Positions 11,535-25,017 of a DNA stretch of 64,000 nucleotides are shown one piece after another. Source of the DNA: Octopus vulgaris (Eukaryota); assembly GCA_951406725.2 (NCBI GenBank), contig OX597819.1:16182001-16246000 (forward strand), given 5' to 3'. The position numbers and the translations under genes were made by a program. Each line of letters begins with the position of its first letter. Positions within the stretch are counted from its first letter, which is position 1. The notes under the pieces are model-generated. The model worked only from the letters and a program-made list of their open reading frames with translations. It was not told the DNA's origin and made no database searches.

Positions 11535-13860
11535 TTTGAGTGAGAGAGCAGTGCATGCCATCAAATACCCATCACAACTACCTGCTGATAAGAGTACACC
11601 TGGTGCAAGCCTCACGACTGTATGTGTGTGACATGGTGATCTCGTATCAAGATAAACAGCACACGACCTTGCAGGCGGGGCCCGGTTAGAACTTTCTTCA
11701 GATCGAGTAGCCCATCTTGCTCAAAAGTCCCTGAATAGGGATTGTTTGAGGATGTTGAACAAGACATCCCTGTATCCAGTGGTGAATTATTCAAACCTCA
11801 AAGAATTCCTCTCAACATATAGCTATGATACGCCTTCTACTTGTGGTCAGAGATGCTCATATCGTCAGCCACCAAGGGACGTGCTCAACTGGGTATGGTC
11901 AAGCCACTGACAAGCAAATCTATGGTACTGAAAAGAATATTTGTTCCTCTTTTATACCAAGACAAAACATGTATATGATAAAACTTCCCATTAGTTAAGA
12001 TCAGAAGCCATGAGAGCTAGTGCCTGGTACTGCATCAGGGTATTATCATCATCATCATCATCATAATTTGTTTCGCTTTTGCTTTGTATTTGTACTAGTT
12101 GACTCCAAGTCTCACCCAGAGCCCACAAGAGACAAGTTAGAAGTCTGCCATATTTTTGGTCTTGCACAGTATTGTTCTAAACAGAAGAAAAATCATAAAT
12201 TTGTTTTAAAAGTAATTTGATGATAAGATGATAGTATGATCTTAAAATGACAGTAAAATGTGTTTGCTATTATGTACATTTAAAAGTACTTTTGATAATA
12301 TTTTCAGATTACTATGTTTTTGGAATTACATATTTTTGGATTGCTATGATAAACCCTTCTGTCTCTGATTTTAATCCAGAAGACACTAACCATTGACATG
12401 TAGGGGTTTTGTCAACATCAGTAGTTATTATTATTGTTATTTCTTTTATCACAGGTTTTGTTGGACCTCCTGGAGTCTCGCATGCGTAGCGGGCTTACTA
12501 CCTGCAGCCGACGGTACCATGCTATCCGTTCTTTTCAGCTATCTGATACTTCTCCGATTATTCTCATTATTTTAATAGATATCGCCATACTAATATAGCA
12601 GTCTATAAATAAGATTAAAGCTGTCGCTGATTAGCTCCAAGAGGCCATCGCCTCTAGATAGCTATATGACACACGAACCTGCGTCCATTACAACCTTCGA
12701 ACAGGGGAGGTCAGCCGCTTCACCTTGCTAGTCAGACATCAGCAGACATGTTTCAGGGTTGTTGCCCTTTATCAATGCAGCGTAGCCAGAACCAGCAGGT
12801 ATCGCTACTGACCGTCTGTTCGAAGATTTTATTTACCTAGTTACAGTGGAATACATCCACTTGTTTTCAATAATAGAAATATTAAAATTACTAAGTCTCT
12901 CTAAAAGAGATTACGACAGCGTTACTGGATATTAATAGTTATCGCCATACGATAATCTCTGATTATTTTGTAACAGTTCTATTGGGCACTCTATCCAATA
13001 TCATGAATTGGATATATTGAATATATTGTGTCCCCCGGGATTTGTACTATCTGTAAAGTCGCAACAAGGACCCCAGACAGACAGCACTTTACGCAATATG
13101 CATGCAGTTCCAAGTAATGCCGAATTTTGCTATACACCTAGATGATAGGGTATATCTAAAGTTTCCAGATGTTTCTTCAGTTTGGGAGATCAATTCTTAG
13201 GTTCCCATATTTATCAATCTTTTCTCTTTCTTTCATGATAATATGTTGATCTCCTGGCACTGCCACGTCAATTATTAGGCACTCTTGTTTGTCCCTCTTA
13301 AAGGATACTATATCCGGCCTTCGGTGCTCTAACACCTTTGAGGATTTTTGCCTTCCCGTTTTCGTCCATTATCTTTCCCGATGTATGTTGGTACCAAGCA
13401 CTCGTTACCTCGTATCCATACTTCCAGCATAGTACCCAGTGAAGGTTTTGGGCTACCCTGTCGTGTCTTCACTTGTACTCTTTCAGCGCAAGACTTTCGC
13501 AAGCACTAACAATGTGAGTCACACTTTCCACCCTCTTCCCACACATTCTGCAGAGGTTCGTTGCACTTGTGTGATACATATCCCTTTAGAGTGAGTTGGT
13601 ATTCAATGCCTGATCATGGGCAGCAATGATTAGGTTTTTCAGCTTTCTTTTATGGGTCACTCCTGTTGAGTCACCCCCATGATGCTTCATGGTCTTTTAA
13701 TTTGCTAGTATCACGGTGGAGCTAACCATATAATTCCATGGGGGGTAGAATTTCTTCGCGTTGGTTCGGTGATCGGTATTAACACTCTCAACTCCATTAT
13801 TGGTAAATCCTTCGGCATTAGCAGCATACTTTATATTCTTCTTCTTCTGCTATGTGTTAA
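10560..13860 (-). mobile_element. Cluster of R4/Dong-type (restriction-like endonuclease) LINE 3' fragments
   Basis: Repeated C-terminal motif in separate pieces: IQKIELLGTAHILRK (~10860-10905), KSALLGTARIWR (~11130-11165), QKSALLATARILRK (~11295-11340), QNSALLGTACILRK (~13090-13130). Also CRMCGKRVESVTHIVSAC (~13500-13555) and GLKSETEGFIIA (~12345-12380). Pieces are separated by (ATT)n/(GTT)n/(CAT)n. Confidence 0.85.
12742..12778 (-). ncRNA. Degenerate hammerhead motif
   Basis: GCA-TTGATAA-AGGG-CAACAA-CCCT-GAAAC-AT-GTC-TGC; two core changes from CUGAUGA. Confidence 0.5.
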
Positions 13861-13986
13861 GTTAATACCCTTATAATGATATATATGTATAAATATATAT
13901 ATACACACACGCATAAAATGTATACCTTTTCAGACATACGCCTGTATATAGGTATATATGAATATATGTATAAACGTAATATATAA

Positions 13987-15098
13987 TCCATTACATATGT
14001 AGAAAATCGATGTGTGTGTTTGTGGCGTTGTTAGCTAACTGCTCCTACATCGTTTTATGGATTTTGATGAAACTTGACACGAGAGTAGAACTCAAGTCTG
14101 GAAATCTCGTGACATATTTTCATTGCTTAAAAAATCGATAATACGGCACCTGGAAGTGACCTTTATATCTCCCTCATATAACTAATTTGTTTTCAAACGC
14201 CCATGGGAAATAACCCATAGCACATGTACAATATTTGTTCAAGCACTCAAGATAAATAACCCATTTCATTGTTTATGATCGATTACTTTGAATATTGATT
14301 TTTTGTGTGTCCTATTTCTAATTTTTGCAGACAATATCACTTTAATACTTTGACACGTGAATAGAACACATGTCTGGAAACTTCGTGACATACTTAGATT
14401 GTTGAAAAAAATCGATAATAGGGACCTTGCAATGGATCCTTCTATCTACTACATGTTACTAATATTTTATTTAAACAACCAAAGGGAAATAACCCATACC
14501 ACCTGCAGATTTTACCGAAGCGATCAATGTTTGATTCTCACGATCAGCCGACCTAATTCTGCATTTCACTACTCACAGTTTTGAACTGCTAAACATTATT
14601 ATTGAACTTCCTTAATTTGACTGTTTAAACTTAAAGATTTCCTTCATACATTTCTATATATACATACTTTTTGAATGTCCTTTACTCCGATAATTCTGCA
14701 TCTTTCCAGTTTTTCCATGACAGTAGATACATTTTTTATTCTACAACGTAATTGATGGGGCTTCATGCAGGCATAGCGTGGATTCGATCCTCGATTGCCA
14801 AATTTCACTTCACACTTCAACAGCGCTTTTCTCACGGTAAAACAATAGTTTTTTTCTATGAATGACAGTAGTTATACCTTTCCCAGTGGCCTTCGCTAAG
14901 CAGAATAATATCTTTGCCTCTCGCCAACCTCCGAAAACCTCTCTCAGCAACCTCCAACAATCCCCCCCTCCTCCAGCTGACAGTTTTTTGTACTTTTTCG
15001 TGACGGAAAATACACCATTTGTGACAGTTACTTTCTTATATCTGAGTAGTAAGGTGTTTCATCTTTACCCCCCGGGAATTACCGGGTACAGCAGCTAG
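13987..15098 (+). mobile_element. Non-autonomous Helitron
   Basis: Starts A^TCCATTACATATGTAGAAAATCGATGTGTGTG; ends hairpin CCCGGGAATTACCGGG then CAGCAGCTAG^T; internal diverged duplication of about 150 bp (14074-14225 vs 14348-14500). Confidence 0.75.
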
Positions 15099-15203
15099 TG
15101 TATGCATATATGTATTATGTGTATGTGTCTGCTTATATATCTATATATTTGTATATATGCTTATAAATATTATGTATATACATATACACACGTATATATA
15201 TCA

Positions 15204-15265
<62 letters not shown>

Positions 15266-15662
15266 GTATGTATTTATTCATACACACACACACACACACA
15301 CATGCAAGTGTGTACATATATAGTCGGCGAATGTTCGAGGTCAAGACGGTCGGGGTCATGTGAGTGCCAGGCAAATGTATCGTTAAAAGTAAGAATGTCT
15401 GCGAGAGACTTTGGTGAACATGTCTGGCAATGGTGTGGAATGGTTCCATAGATTGTTCTGGGGTGGCTTACTTGCACATCACTTCACTGCTTACCCTACA
15501 TAACACCGTTATCCACTCCCCAACCTGTATATATCCAGCTGCTGTGTGTGTATGTGTGCGTGTGTATACAAAAATATACAAAAGTATATATACATATACA
15601 GGTAGTTATATACAAATATACACACACAAAAACAAGAACACGCACACGTGTGCGTGTGTGTG

Positions 15663-15716
<54 letters not shown>

Positions 15717-16032
15717 CATAATGTGTGTGCATGTATGTAAATATATCCATGTGTAAATATATATATATATGTGAACAAATATATATATGTACAAATATAT
15801 ATATATGTATATATATGTATATGTATGTATGTTTGCATGTATATATATGCATATATATGTATGAATATATATATATGTATATTTATGTATATATATATAT
15901 GTATATATATACATGTGTATATATATGTAAATATATACATGTTACATATATACATGTGTATATATATGTATGTATATTGATATATATATATATATATATG
16001 TGACTATATATGTGTGTGTATGCATATATATA

Positions 16033-16116
<84 letters not shown>

Positions 16117-16262
16117 TATGTATGTGTGTGTGTGTAAAACGTCGACATGTTTTTTTCGACTCTGCATTCTGTTCTGAGCATCTGCTACCGTTGTGATCAC
16201 ATGATAGTGCTGTACATACACGCTCGCACACCAACTCATACACACGCTCATGCACACACAAT

Positions 16263-16329
<67 letters not shown>

Positions 16330-16765
16330 TACGGGTGGGTTGAAATGTAATAACAGTAATTATTAAAAGGTGACTTGCAGTTTAAATAAACATAGCTAAA
16401 CTACTATCTACTGATTACATGCTCACAACAATACACCACACACACACACACACACACATACACACGCACACACACACGCATACATACATACATATGCGCG
16501 TACACTTTCGTTCTCTCGTGCGCACACATACACTACTCCCATATCTACACACATATGTTTACAATGTTCCATAAACAGCAAGTATCTCAATACGGACGTA
16601 GACGGAAACAACGCCCCACGCGCACACACGCACACACACATACACATAGACCCACAATGGTTAATCTCATACGACTTAGAATAAGTTTTCTTATAGCTTA
16701 TACATGTTTCTGAAAAATATTTCTATGCATGGTAAAAAACTTCCCCACTTACATACACACAAACA

Positions 16766-16798
<33 letters not shown>

Positions 16799-16966
16799 GT
16801 CCGAAATGGCCGTGAATTTTGGTACTTGACTGATGAAAGAAAGCCAAGAATGACCCGTCCTTTTTTGCCTGTCCTAATTGTCGTTTCTTTTGTCCGCCTT
16901 TGTGTCGTCTATCTATCCGAACGTTTTAATGCCCTTTATTGCGTTTTTGTTCCATTTATATATATA

Positions 16967-17590
16967 CTAGCAGAATTCCCCGGCGTTGCTCGGGGCTGAA
17001 TTGCTTGAAAGTACTGTTAATGATTGCACTGAATTATGATGATTATTCAGGCAAATATTGATATAAGTTTACGGTGGGAGATAAGGACTTAACGATCAAA
17101 CGCGTGCCATTGCATTGTTTTGGGGGTACCAAATTTCTGATGAGCATTATAGGGGCACCAACTTTAAGTTTGAGAAAGTGTGGTGGTAGTCCGGGGTGCT
17201 CAAAGGAATTGAGTACCTCTATTGGATAGTTGATGACGTCCTCTGGGTCAGGAGTTGTATCGATAGACTGATATACATAGACTTCCCCAGGAATGAGTTT
17301 TAGCATTTCATCATTAATATGGTGAACAGTTTTATTCCTCGGGGCCAATATAGCCTTTTTGCCAATCCAATCTATATTCTGATAATTAGCTTGTAGATCT
17401 GGGAACACTGCATCTCTGAGATCAGAAGGCGTCTTAACAATGGTACAAATGGAATCGATGGCAATATTACCATTTTCATCCCCTGGTATTTTGCCTTCGC
17501 CAAGTGCAAGAAAGGTGTGAGGAAATGCTGCTGATGTGATATTACGTCGCATATGAGCACGCATATATGCGAGCAATATCTGGAACCCAT
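16967..17590 (-). mobile_element. Helitron remnant with PIF1-like helicase fragment (within ORF 17043-17768)
   Basis: AILAPRNKTVHHIN..NYPIEVLNSFEHPGLPPHFLKLKVGAPIMLIRNL..CNGTRLIVK is the Helitron RepHel helicase signature; 3' hairpin CCCCGAGCAACGCCGGGG plus CTAG at 16967-16995. 5' boundary uncertain. Confidence 0.9.
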
Positions 17591-18602
17591 GAAATATCCC
17601 GATCTGAGAGCGAATACCTCCACCTCCTACTCTTCCTCTTCCTACTCCTCCTCCTTCTCTTCTTCTTCCTCCTCCTCCCTTTTCATGGATAAATTTCTCG
17701 TACAACGTAATCTCTTCGGGGATATACCAATCATATACTTTTTTTTTTCCACTGGAGCTCTCATACACCTAGAATCTTTTTCGCTCGCAACTCTGACAAA
17801 CGATGACGTAGTTGCTGTTGGTGATTTTGTTATCGTCGTCTAAGTTGGCATTTTCGCCATTTTCACTTTCTGCTTCTCAAACTGTAACTGTTTCTATTTA
17901 TTAACGTGTTTATTTAATTCAGTTTTCTCGTCTTAAATCTATTTATATTTCCACAACTTCGGGAATATAGTTTGAGATGATCTGTTTCTATTAAAAATGC
18001 GACATATTCCTGGTTGAAATCGCTTTCATTATTATATGAGCAGACCTGAAGCTAAGTTACAATAATAATAACATGTTTTGTAATGAGTTTTGACGTCGGC
18101 ACAATCCACAAATTTGAAGGAGGGTAGAATCGGTTAAATTAACCCTACTACTTGATTGGTATTTTTATTTTATCAACTCCGGAAATATGAAAGGCGAAGT
18201 TAACCGCAACCGGATTTGAACTCAACATAAAAGCGGTAAACTAAACAACAAAAGGCATTTTATCCGCCTCCTGTTTACCAAATCTGTCATCTTAATGAAG
18301 GACGCGAAACATTCTCCATGACAGCATATTTTTCAGCCAAGTTAGACATGCCTTAATGTAATGTGAAGTGACCCAAACATACAACGAATAAAGTACTGAG
18401 AGTGCGGCTGGCCCTGCTTTTTTTTTTTTTTACTGTGCTAGATATAGTTGTTATTGTTGTTATGGTAGCAAATGTTGCTTTTAATGTTGTATTTAAGGTG
18501 TTTTTTCATTTTGTTGGTACTAATAATAGCTCTATTTATATATACTTGTTTTTTAATGTATATGCCTGTTAATCTTTCTCTCTATATGTCTGTCTGTATA
18601 TA

Positions 18603-18649
<47 letters not shown>

Positions 18650-18695
18650 GTATACATATATATGTATATATGTATACATATGTATATATGTATAC

Positions 18696-18730
<35 letters not shown>

Positions 18731-18807
18731 TGTATACATATATATGTATATATGTATACATATATATGTATATATGTATACATATATATACATACATATA
18801 TATATAT

Positions 18808-18840
<33 letters not shown>

Positions 18841-18842
18841 TT

Positions 18843-19137
18843 GTGGAGGCGCAGTGGTTAGGGCAGCGGACTCGCGGTCGTAGGATCGCGGTTTCGATTC
18901 CCAGACCGGGCGTTGTGAGTGTTTATTGAGCGAAAGCACCTAAAGCTCTACGAGGCTCCGGCAGGGGGCGGTGGCGATCCCTGCTGTACACTTTTGCCAC
19001 AACTTTCTCTCACTCTTTCTTCTGTTGGCCTGCTTGCTTAGCCAGCGGGGTGGCGTCATTTGAAGGCTAAAAAAAACAATGCGAAGCGCAATGTGACCAG
19101 CGATGTGTAGCAACATCTGATAGCCTGGTCGGTCACG

Positions 19138-19140
<3 letters not shown>
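18843..19140 (+). mobile_element. SINE family C (tRNA-Arg-like head)
   Basis: GGAGGCGCAGTGGTTAGGGCAGCGGACTCGCGGTCGTAGGATCGCGGTTTCGATTCCCAGACCGGG; embedded in (TA)n. Confidence 0.85.
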
Positions 19141-19184
<44 letters not shown>

Positions 19185-19309
19185 CAAAAGTTTAGATTCA
19201 AATGAATATGGTACTTAATTTAGATGCACCAAAATTCTGTATGGTGTTATCCATATAAATCCGTGGGGTGATTATAATCAAAATAAGCAACAAGAATGAC
19301 TCCGGTAAT

Positions 19310-19395
19310 TTGGTACGATCGTTTCGTACTACATCATTTTATTAAATGTTGTAAGTATTACAACAGTTTTAAAATGCTGAGCACTCATCAGCCAA
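19310..19395 (-). ncRNA. Type-I hammerhead ribozyme, intact core (PLE-type)
   Basis: TTGG-CTGATGA-GTGCT..(long extension with TGTTGTAA/TTACAACA hairpin)..AGTAC-GAAAC-GATC-GTA-CCAA: stem I TTGG/CCAA, palindromic stem III ACGATCGT, GUA triplet. Confidence 0.8.
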
Positions 19396-20239
19396 TTATA
19401 GAGGTTTTCCATTAATACAAAAAGTTTCATATCAAGTGGCAACATTATAGAGAAGGTAGATATATAGACAAAGATGTGGATTTAAATTTTAAGAACATTT
19501 GAGGTAGTGGAGCCCATCAACTGACTGACTAAGATCCAGTTGTTCCAGACTACTGTAAGGTTCTGAGAGAGAAGAACAAAAAATAAAAATTAAAAAAACT
19601 GAATCTTAGTCAGTTGATGGGCTTCAATCGGATTATGTAATCCTGCGCTCATCAGAGATAGCCCTTATGGAACGGAATATGGCGACTGCTCTCTATTGTT
19701 GGAAGTGAATAGACACACCCGGTTTGTGGTTGCTCTGAAAAAAGATAATGAAACGAAACGTGCAGGGGATTGAGTTAATAGTTATGTCCCTTGGTACCAA
19801 AACATCGCCACAGGAGTGGCGGTCAAACACCTTACGGACTCCGAGGTTGGGGGCCTGGTGATTATAATAGGGAAGAGCCACTAGGCATTGAAACCTTGTT
19901 AATGCATTGCTTTTTTACATATACATAGATATCCAATTTATACAAACACATACACTTACACATACATATACGTACACAACAGAACAACAGACTCACACAC
20001 TCACGCTCACGCACATACACATTTGTACACAAACGCATTCCACCTCATACATAACCATAATACTTACTTACATACACGTATATATACTTGTGTGTGTGTA
20101 TGTGTGCATGTGTGTGTGTATGTGTGCGCGTGTGTGTCTGTCAATGTGTGTGTATGGGGATGAGTGTGTGTGCGTTTGTATTTGAATATATCGTGGGTGA
20201 ATGCTTTAGGATCATGAAAAGCAGAATCTTGTCGTCTGC

Positions 20240-20780
20240 AGCCTTTCAGAAGCTGTCTTCGCAGCCACGTGGTTTCGGTTCAGTCCCACTGCAGCGCATC
20301 TTGGGCAAGTGTCTTCACTATAGACTTGTGCCGACCACGTTTGAATGAATTTGGTTGACAGAAACTGAATGGAAATCCGTCGTGACTGTACCTAGCCATT
20401 TCCAGTGACCTACCTTTTGATGTGCCTTGATTCTTAAGAATACTCATAACTAAATAAATTAAGTTACATACGTATGTGTGTGTGTGTGTGTTTGTATGTG
20501 CATGAGTGTGTGTGTGAGCGCGTATGTCTGTGTGCATGTGTATGTATGTGTGTGCGTGTGTGTGTGTGTGTGCGTGCGCCACTACCGCATGCTTACGGGT
20601 ATTGGTAAGTTTAAGTCTCCATAACATAGAAGTTCGGCAAAAGAGACTGATAGAATTAGTATCAAACTTACAACGACGTAGTGGGCCGATTTTTTTCAAC
20701 TAAATCTTTGAAGTATAAAAGACTAGAATTAGTCGTTGCTTCCACATGGCCGCAGTCCAATGGCTGAAACAAGAAAAGAG
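20240..20780 (+). mobile_element. Diverged SINE family B copy
   Basis: GGTTCAGTCCCACTGC..TTGGGCAAGTGTCTT..GTTCGGCAAAAGAGAC..CATGGCCGCAGTCCAATGGCTGAAACAAG. Confidence 0.7.
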
Positions 20781-21184
20781 AAAAGGCGGGAAAAATTCGC
20801 GAAAACCTCATTTGTTATTTATTTGTTTCTGTCTTATTTAATCTATTAAATGAAACGTGATGTTTCTTTCTTCTTTTCTTTCTGTGTTTTTTTTGTTGTT
20901 GTTAACATATGTAAAACCGTTACGTCACAACGCATTCCAAATGTTATGCTTTTGCAATCCAAGAGAAGGAGACAGTAACACCTTAAAACCCTCAAAAGAT
21001 GACCGAAAATGTCAATTATGTGACATTTGCTGTGGAATATATTACCTATATGATCGGCAGCTGCTCAGAAATGTTAAGGTACTGGCTTCCAGTGCGGTAT
21101 GCGGTGTTACTGCTTGAATTGTATGCAATGAAATCTGTAGGAAATATTGCCCTGATATAAATATAGAAATTATTCCTGTTATTG

Positions 21185-21268
<84 letters not shown>

Positions 21269-21732
21269 CGTACATGAAAAGGTAGAGTTCTCACCAGAAA
21301 GGAAAAGCTAGTTAGATTACAGATAAGAGCCAACACTGGAACAGTGAAAATATGTAGAACTTTCCAGAAGTTTAGCATATAAGTACAAATACACATGTGG
21401 AGATGTGCAAATATATGTATGAAAATGCATATATAAGGCAACTAATCTTTCTGCTGGATTGATGCGTTTTCATAAAGCTTCGGAGTGACAACAAAACTGA
21501 TAACCGGCGTAGTCAGTATTGGACCGATAACTGGTACATTTCGAAGAGTAAGTTCTTGTAATCCATGAATAATATAAACAAAATCTGTTATACAAGGGCA
21601 TAGGGAGCCAGGTGAGACGTTTAAATAAGCCAGATGAGGCAAACAATGTGATTAATAATGAAATGGTAATACAATTGATCAGTCATATTATATATATCTA
21701 TCTATAAATATATGTGATAATTAGTTGATAGT

Positions 21733-21860
21733 CATAATAAAACTCAGAGTTTCGGATACCGGAGATGAAGTCTGTTCCGGCATCACATCAGTTATTAATA
21801 ACTGATGTGATGCCGGAACAGACTTCATCTCCGGTATCCGAAACTCTGAGTTTTATTATG
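21733..21860. repeat. Perfect 128-bp palindrome (no spacer) containing back-to-back hammerhead-like motifs
   Basis: Centre GTTATT|AATAAC at 21796/21797; each arm reads AATAA-CTGATGT-GATGCCGGA..TCCGGTATCC-GAAACTCTGAGTT-TTATT; imperfect extension to about 21695-21900. Confidence 0.95.
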
Positions 21861-21948
21861 GCAACCAACTAATTGTCTCATATTATATCTATAGATAAAT
21901 TCCTCTATTTTACGTAATATCGAAGTCTCATTCATTCTTTTGTTGTCA

Positions 21949-21982
<34 letters not shown>

Positions 21983-21989
21983 AATAATA

Positions 21990-22026
<37 letters not shown>

Positions 22027-23121
22027 CATACATATATACACACCCACATATATAGTCACATATATATACACTTACATACATACATATATAAGTATGTATG
22101 CACGAATGTACGCATGTGTGTATGCGTGTACATATGTATATATATATATACATATGCATGTATCTATGTATGTATAAGAGTATATACGTATGTGTGTGAC
22201 TATATATACATATGCATATATCTATGTATGTTTATGAGTATATATGTGTGTATATATATATAACTATCTATATATACATGTATGTATGCATGTGTGTATA
22301 TATATATATGTGTTATATGCGTACAAGCACACCTACGTATAATTCATGTGTGTGTGTATATGTAACGTGTAATCTGTATGTACGTCTGTATTTTATGACA
22401 TGTCATTCATCTGATCTCCCGAACTCCTTAACTACACCACCCCGGGTACAACAGGTGTAATATCTTACTTAAGCTGATCACTTGTACTTGTTGATAGATC
22501 TGTTTACAAACACCATGATGTAGTAGTGTTGTTGACAATGGTGTTGGTGTTGGTGGTGGTGGGGGATGTAGTAGTGTTATGTAGTAGTAGTGGTAGTGGT
22601 GATCGTGTGATGATGGTGGTGGTTGTGGTGGTGTCGCAGTAAAGGTGATATACAGATCATATGGCGGTGTTGCAGTCGCTGTAGTGTAGTGGTAGTGCTG
22701 GTGTAGTTTGTAGTGTCTTGGTTGTAGTATTAGTGTAATGGTGGTGGTGTGTGGAAGATAAGGTAGCACCTGTTGATTGCATCTCTGGTTTGTCTAGTTT
22801 CATATCACTTGTCTGTATGCCTGTCTGCCTGCCCTGCCTACACACCTCCATACACACGTTCCTGCCTGTTTTATCTTATGCACACACTCATAAATATTTG
22901 CGTAAATTGTCTATATATAATCTTTATACACATATACATACCTTAAGTACAAGGACACATTTTCACGCACACACATACGCACACACACACATTTACATAC
23001 ACATTTACACGTCCATACACACACACACACATTTCCCGACTTATGTACTTTAAATGTCTGAATTGAAAATGGCAAATATTACATGTATAATATATAAACA
23101 CACACATGCACACACAAACAT

Positions 23122-23185
<64 letters not shown>

Positions 23186-23199
23186 GTATATATAGTTTT

Positions 23200-23505
23200 A
23201 TTCTTTTATTCCTTTACGTGTTTCAGTAATTTGATGACTGCGGCTATGCTGGAGCACCACCTTTAGTCGATCAAATCCCCCCCCAGGACTTATTCTTTGT
23301 AAGCCTAGTACTTATTCTATCGGCCTCTTTTGCCGAATCGCTAAGTTACAGGTACGTAAACACACCAGCATCGGTTGCCAAGCGATGGTGGAGGAGGGAC
23401 AGACAGATACAAATAACAAATACATATATTCATACACACACACATATATATGTATATATGTATATGTACATATATACATACATACATACATACATACATA
23501 CATAA

Positions 23506-23554
<49 letters not shown>

Positions 23555-23626
23555 ACAAAATAGGGGTGGTGTTTCCACGCAGGAAAAAATATAGGAAAAT
23601 GTGTTTTTCCTATACACACACACACA

Positions 23627-23686
<60 letters not shown>

Positions 23687-23836
23687 ACGGGCTTCTTTCA
23701 GTTTCCGTTACTAAGCCCTCTCACAGGGCTTTCGGTAACCCCAGACTACTGTAGTAGACACGTGCCCACGGTGTGGGACTGAACCCGGAACCATGTAGTT
23801 GGGAAGCAAGCTTCTTCCCACACAGGAACTGCTGCG

Positions 23837-23840
<4 letters not shown>
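23200..23840 (-). mobile_element. SINE family B split by expanded microsatellites
   Basis: Tail at 23200-23410 and head at 23686-23840, both reverse complement of 2659-3050. Confidence 0.75.
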
Positions 23841-23891
<51 letters not shown>

Positions 23892-24611
23892 CTTTGAGGT
23901 ATGAGTGAGGAAAAATGTGTTTTACGCGTTCCAATGCCACAAACACATACAAACAGGCACGTGTATATACTCGTTTGCAAGTAAGTGAATGTATACGTGC
24001 AAATATATAAGGTTATGTGTGTGTGTATATATATATATGTATAAATACATACACACACACACACACACACGAACGCACGCACGCACATCTATATCTAATT
24101 TTCCAGTTTAGTGTTTCGATACATACATACACACATACATACATATGTGTGTATGTAAGAGTTTACTTCGTGTATTTGTGTGGATGTACATGTATGTATA
24201 TAAAAATATGCGTCTATTGTATGTCTGTGTATGTGTACATGTATGTATGCATTTGTATATGTGTATACTATGTGTATGAGTGAGGAGGTGTATATATACA
24301 TACATACATATATATATATATGTTGTATATGTGTCTCTAGTCAAAGTACTCAATCATTTCAGGCAAATTTCACGGAACTACTGACGCATGAAATGTACGT
24401 AAGTTTTAATGCACACGTGCTGCCTGAGTATGTATGTGCGTGTGTGTGTGTGTGTCTGTGAGCGTTTGTGTGTGTGTGTGTGTGTGTGTATACATCATAT
24501 GCTTTTGTTTTTATATACATCTATGTGTATATGTGTTTCTATCTATGCGTCCATCAGTCTGCCTGTCAGGTTGGCTGGCTCTGTCTATTTATCACCCTCT
24601 TTCTCTCTTTC

Positions 24612-24648
<37 letters not shown>

Positions 24649-24771
24649 ACACACACACACTCACACACACACGCACACATCCTGCGTAGTTAAGAAATAC
24701 ACTTGGCAATCTCTGCACTGCACATGGGCAAGAGTTTTCTACCATAGCCTCTGGATGACCTATATGTATGT

Positions 24772-24820
<49 letters not shown>

Positions 24821-24821
24821 G

Positions 24822-24870
<49 letters not shown>

Positions 24871-25017
24871 ATAAGAGGTTATGGTGTCAGTAAGCCCCAA
24901 AGGTGTCAGGTAATGCTGAGTAAGTGCTTTGAACAGACTATAGTTAAGCTCCAGGTTCGGTGATTATGCGAATAAAGTGCCCAACGTAGGTCATATATAA
25001 GCACATGTGTATATAGA

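Noticed and set aside
20857-21117. ORF with signal-peptide-like start and cysteines, possible SMOC exon 1
   Set aside because: Hydrophobicity comes from a T-rich tract; weak donor; longer than expected for a signal-peptide exon and no homology recognised.
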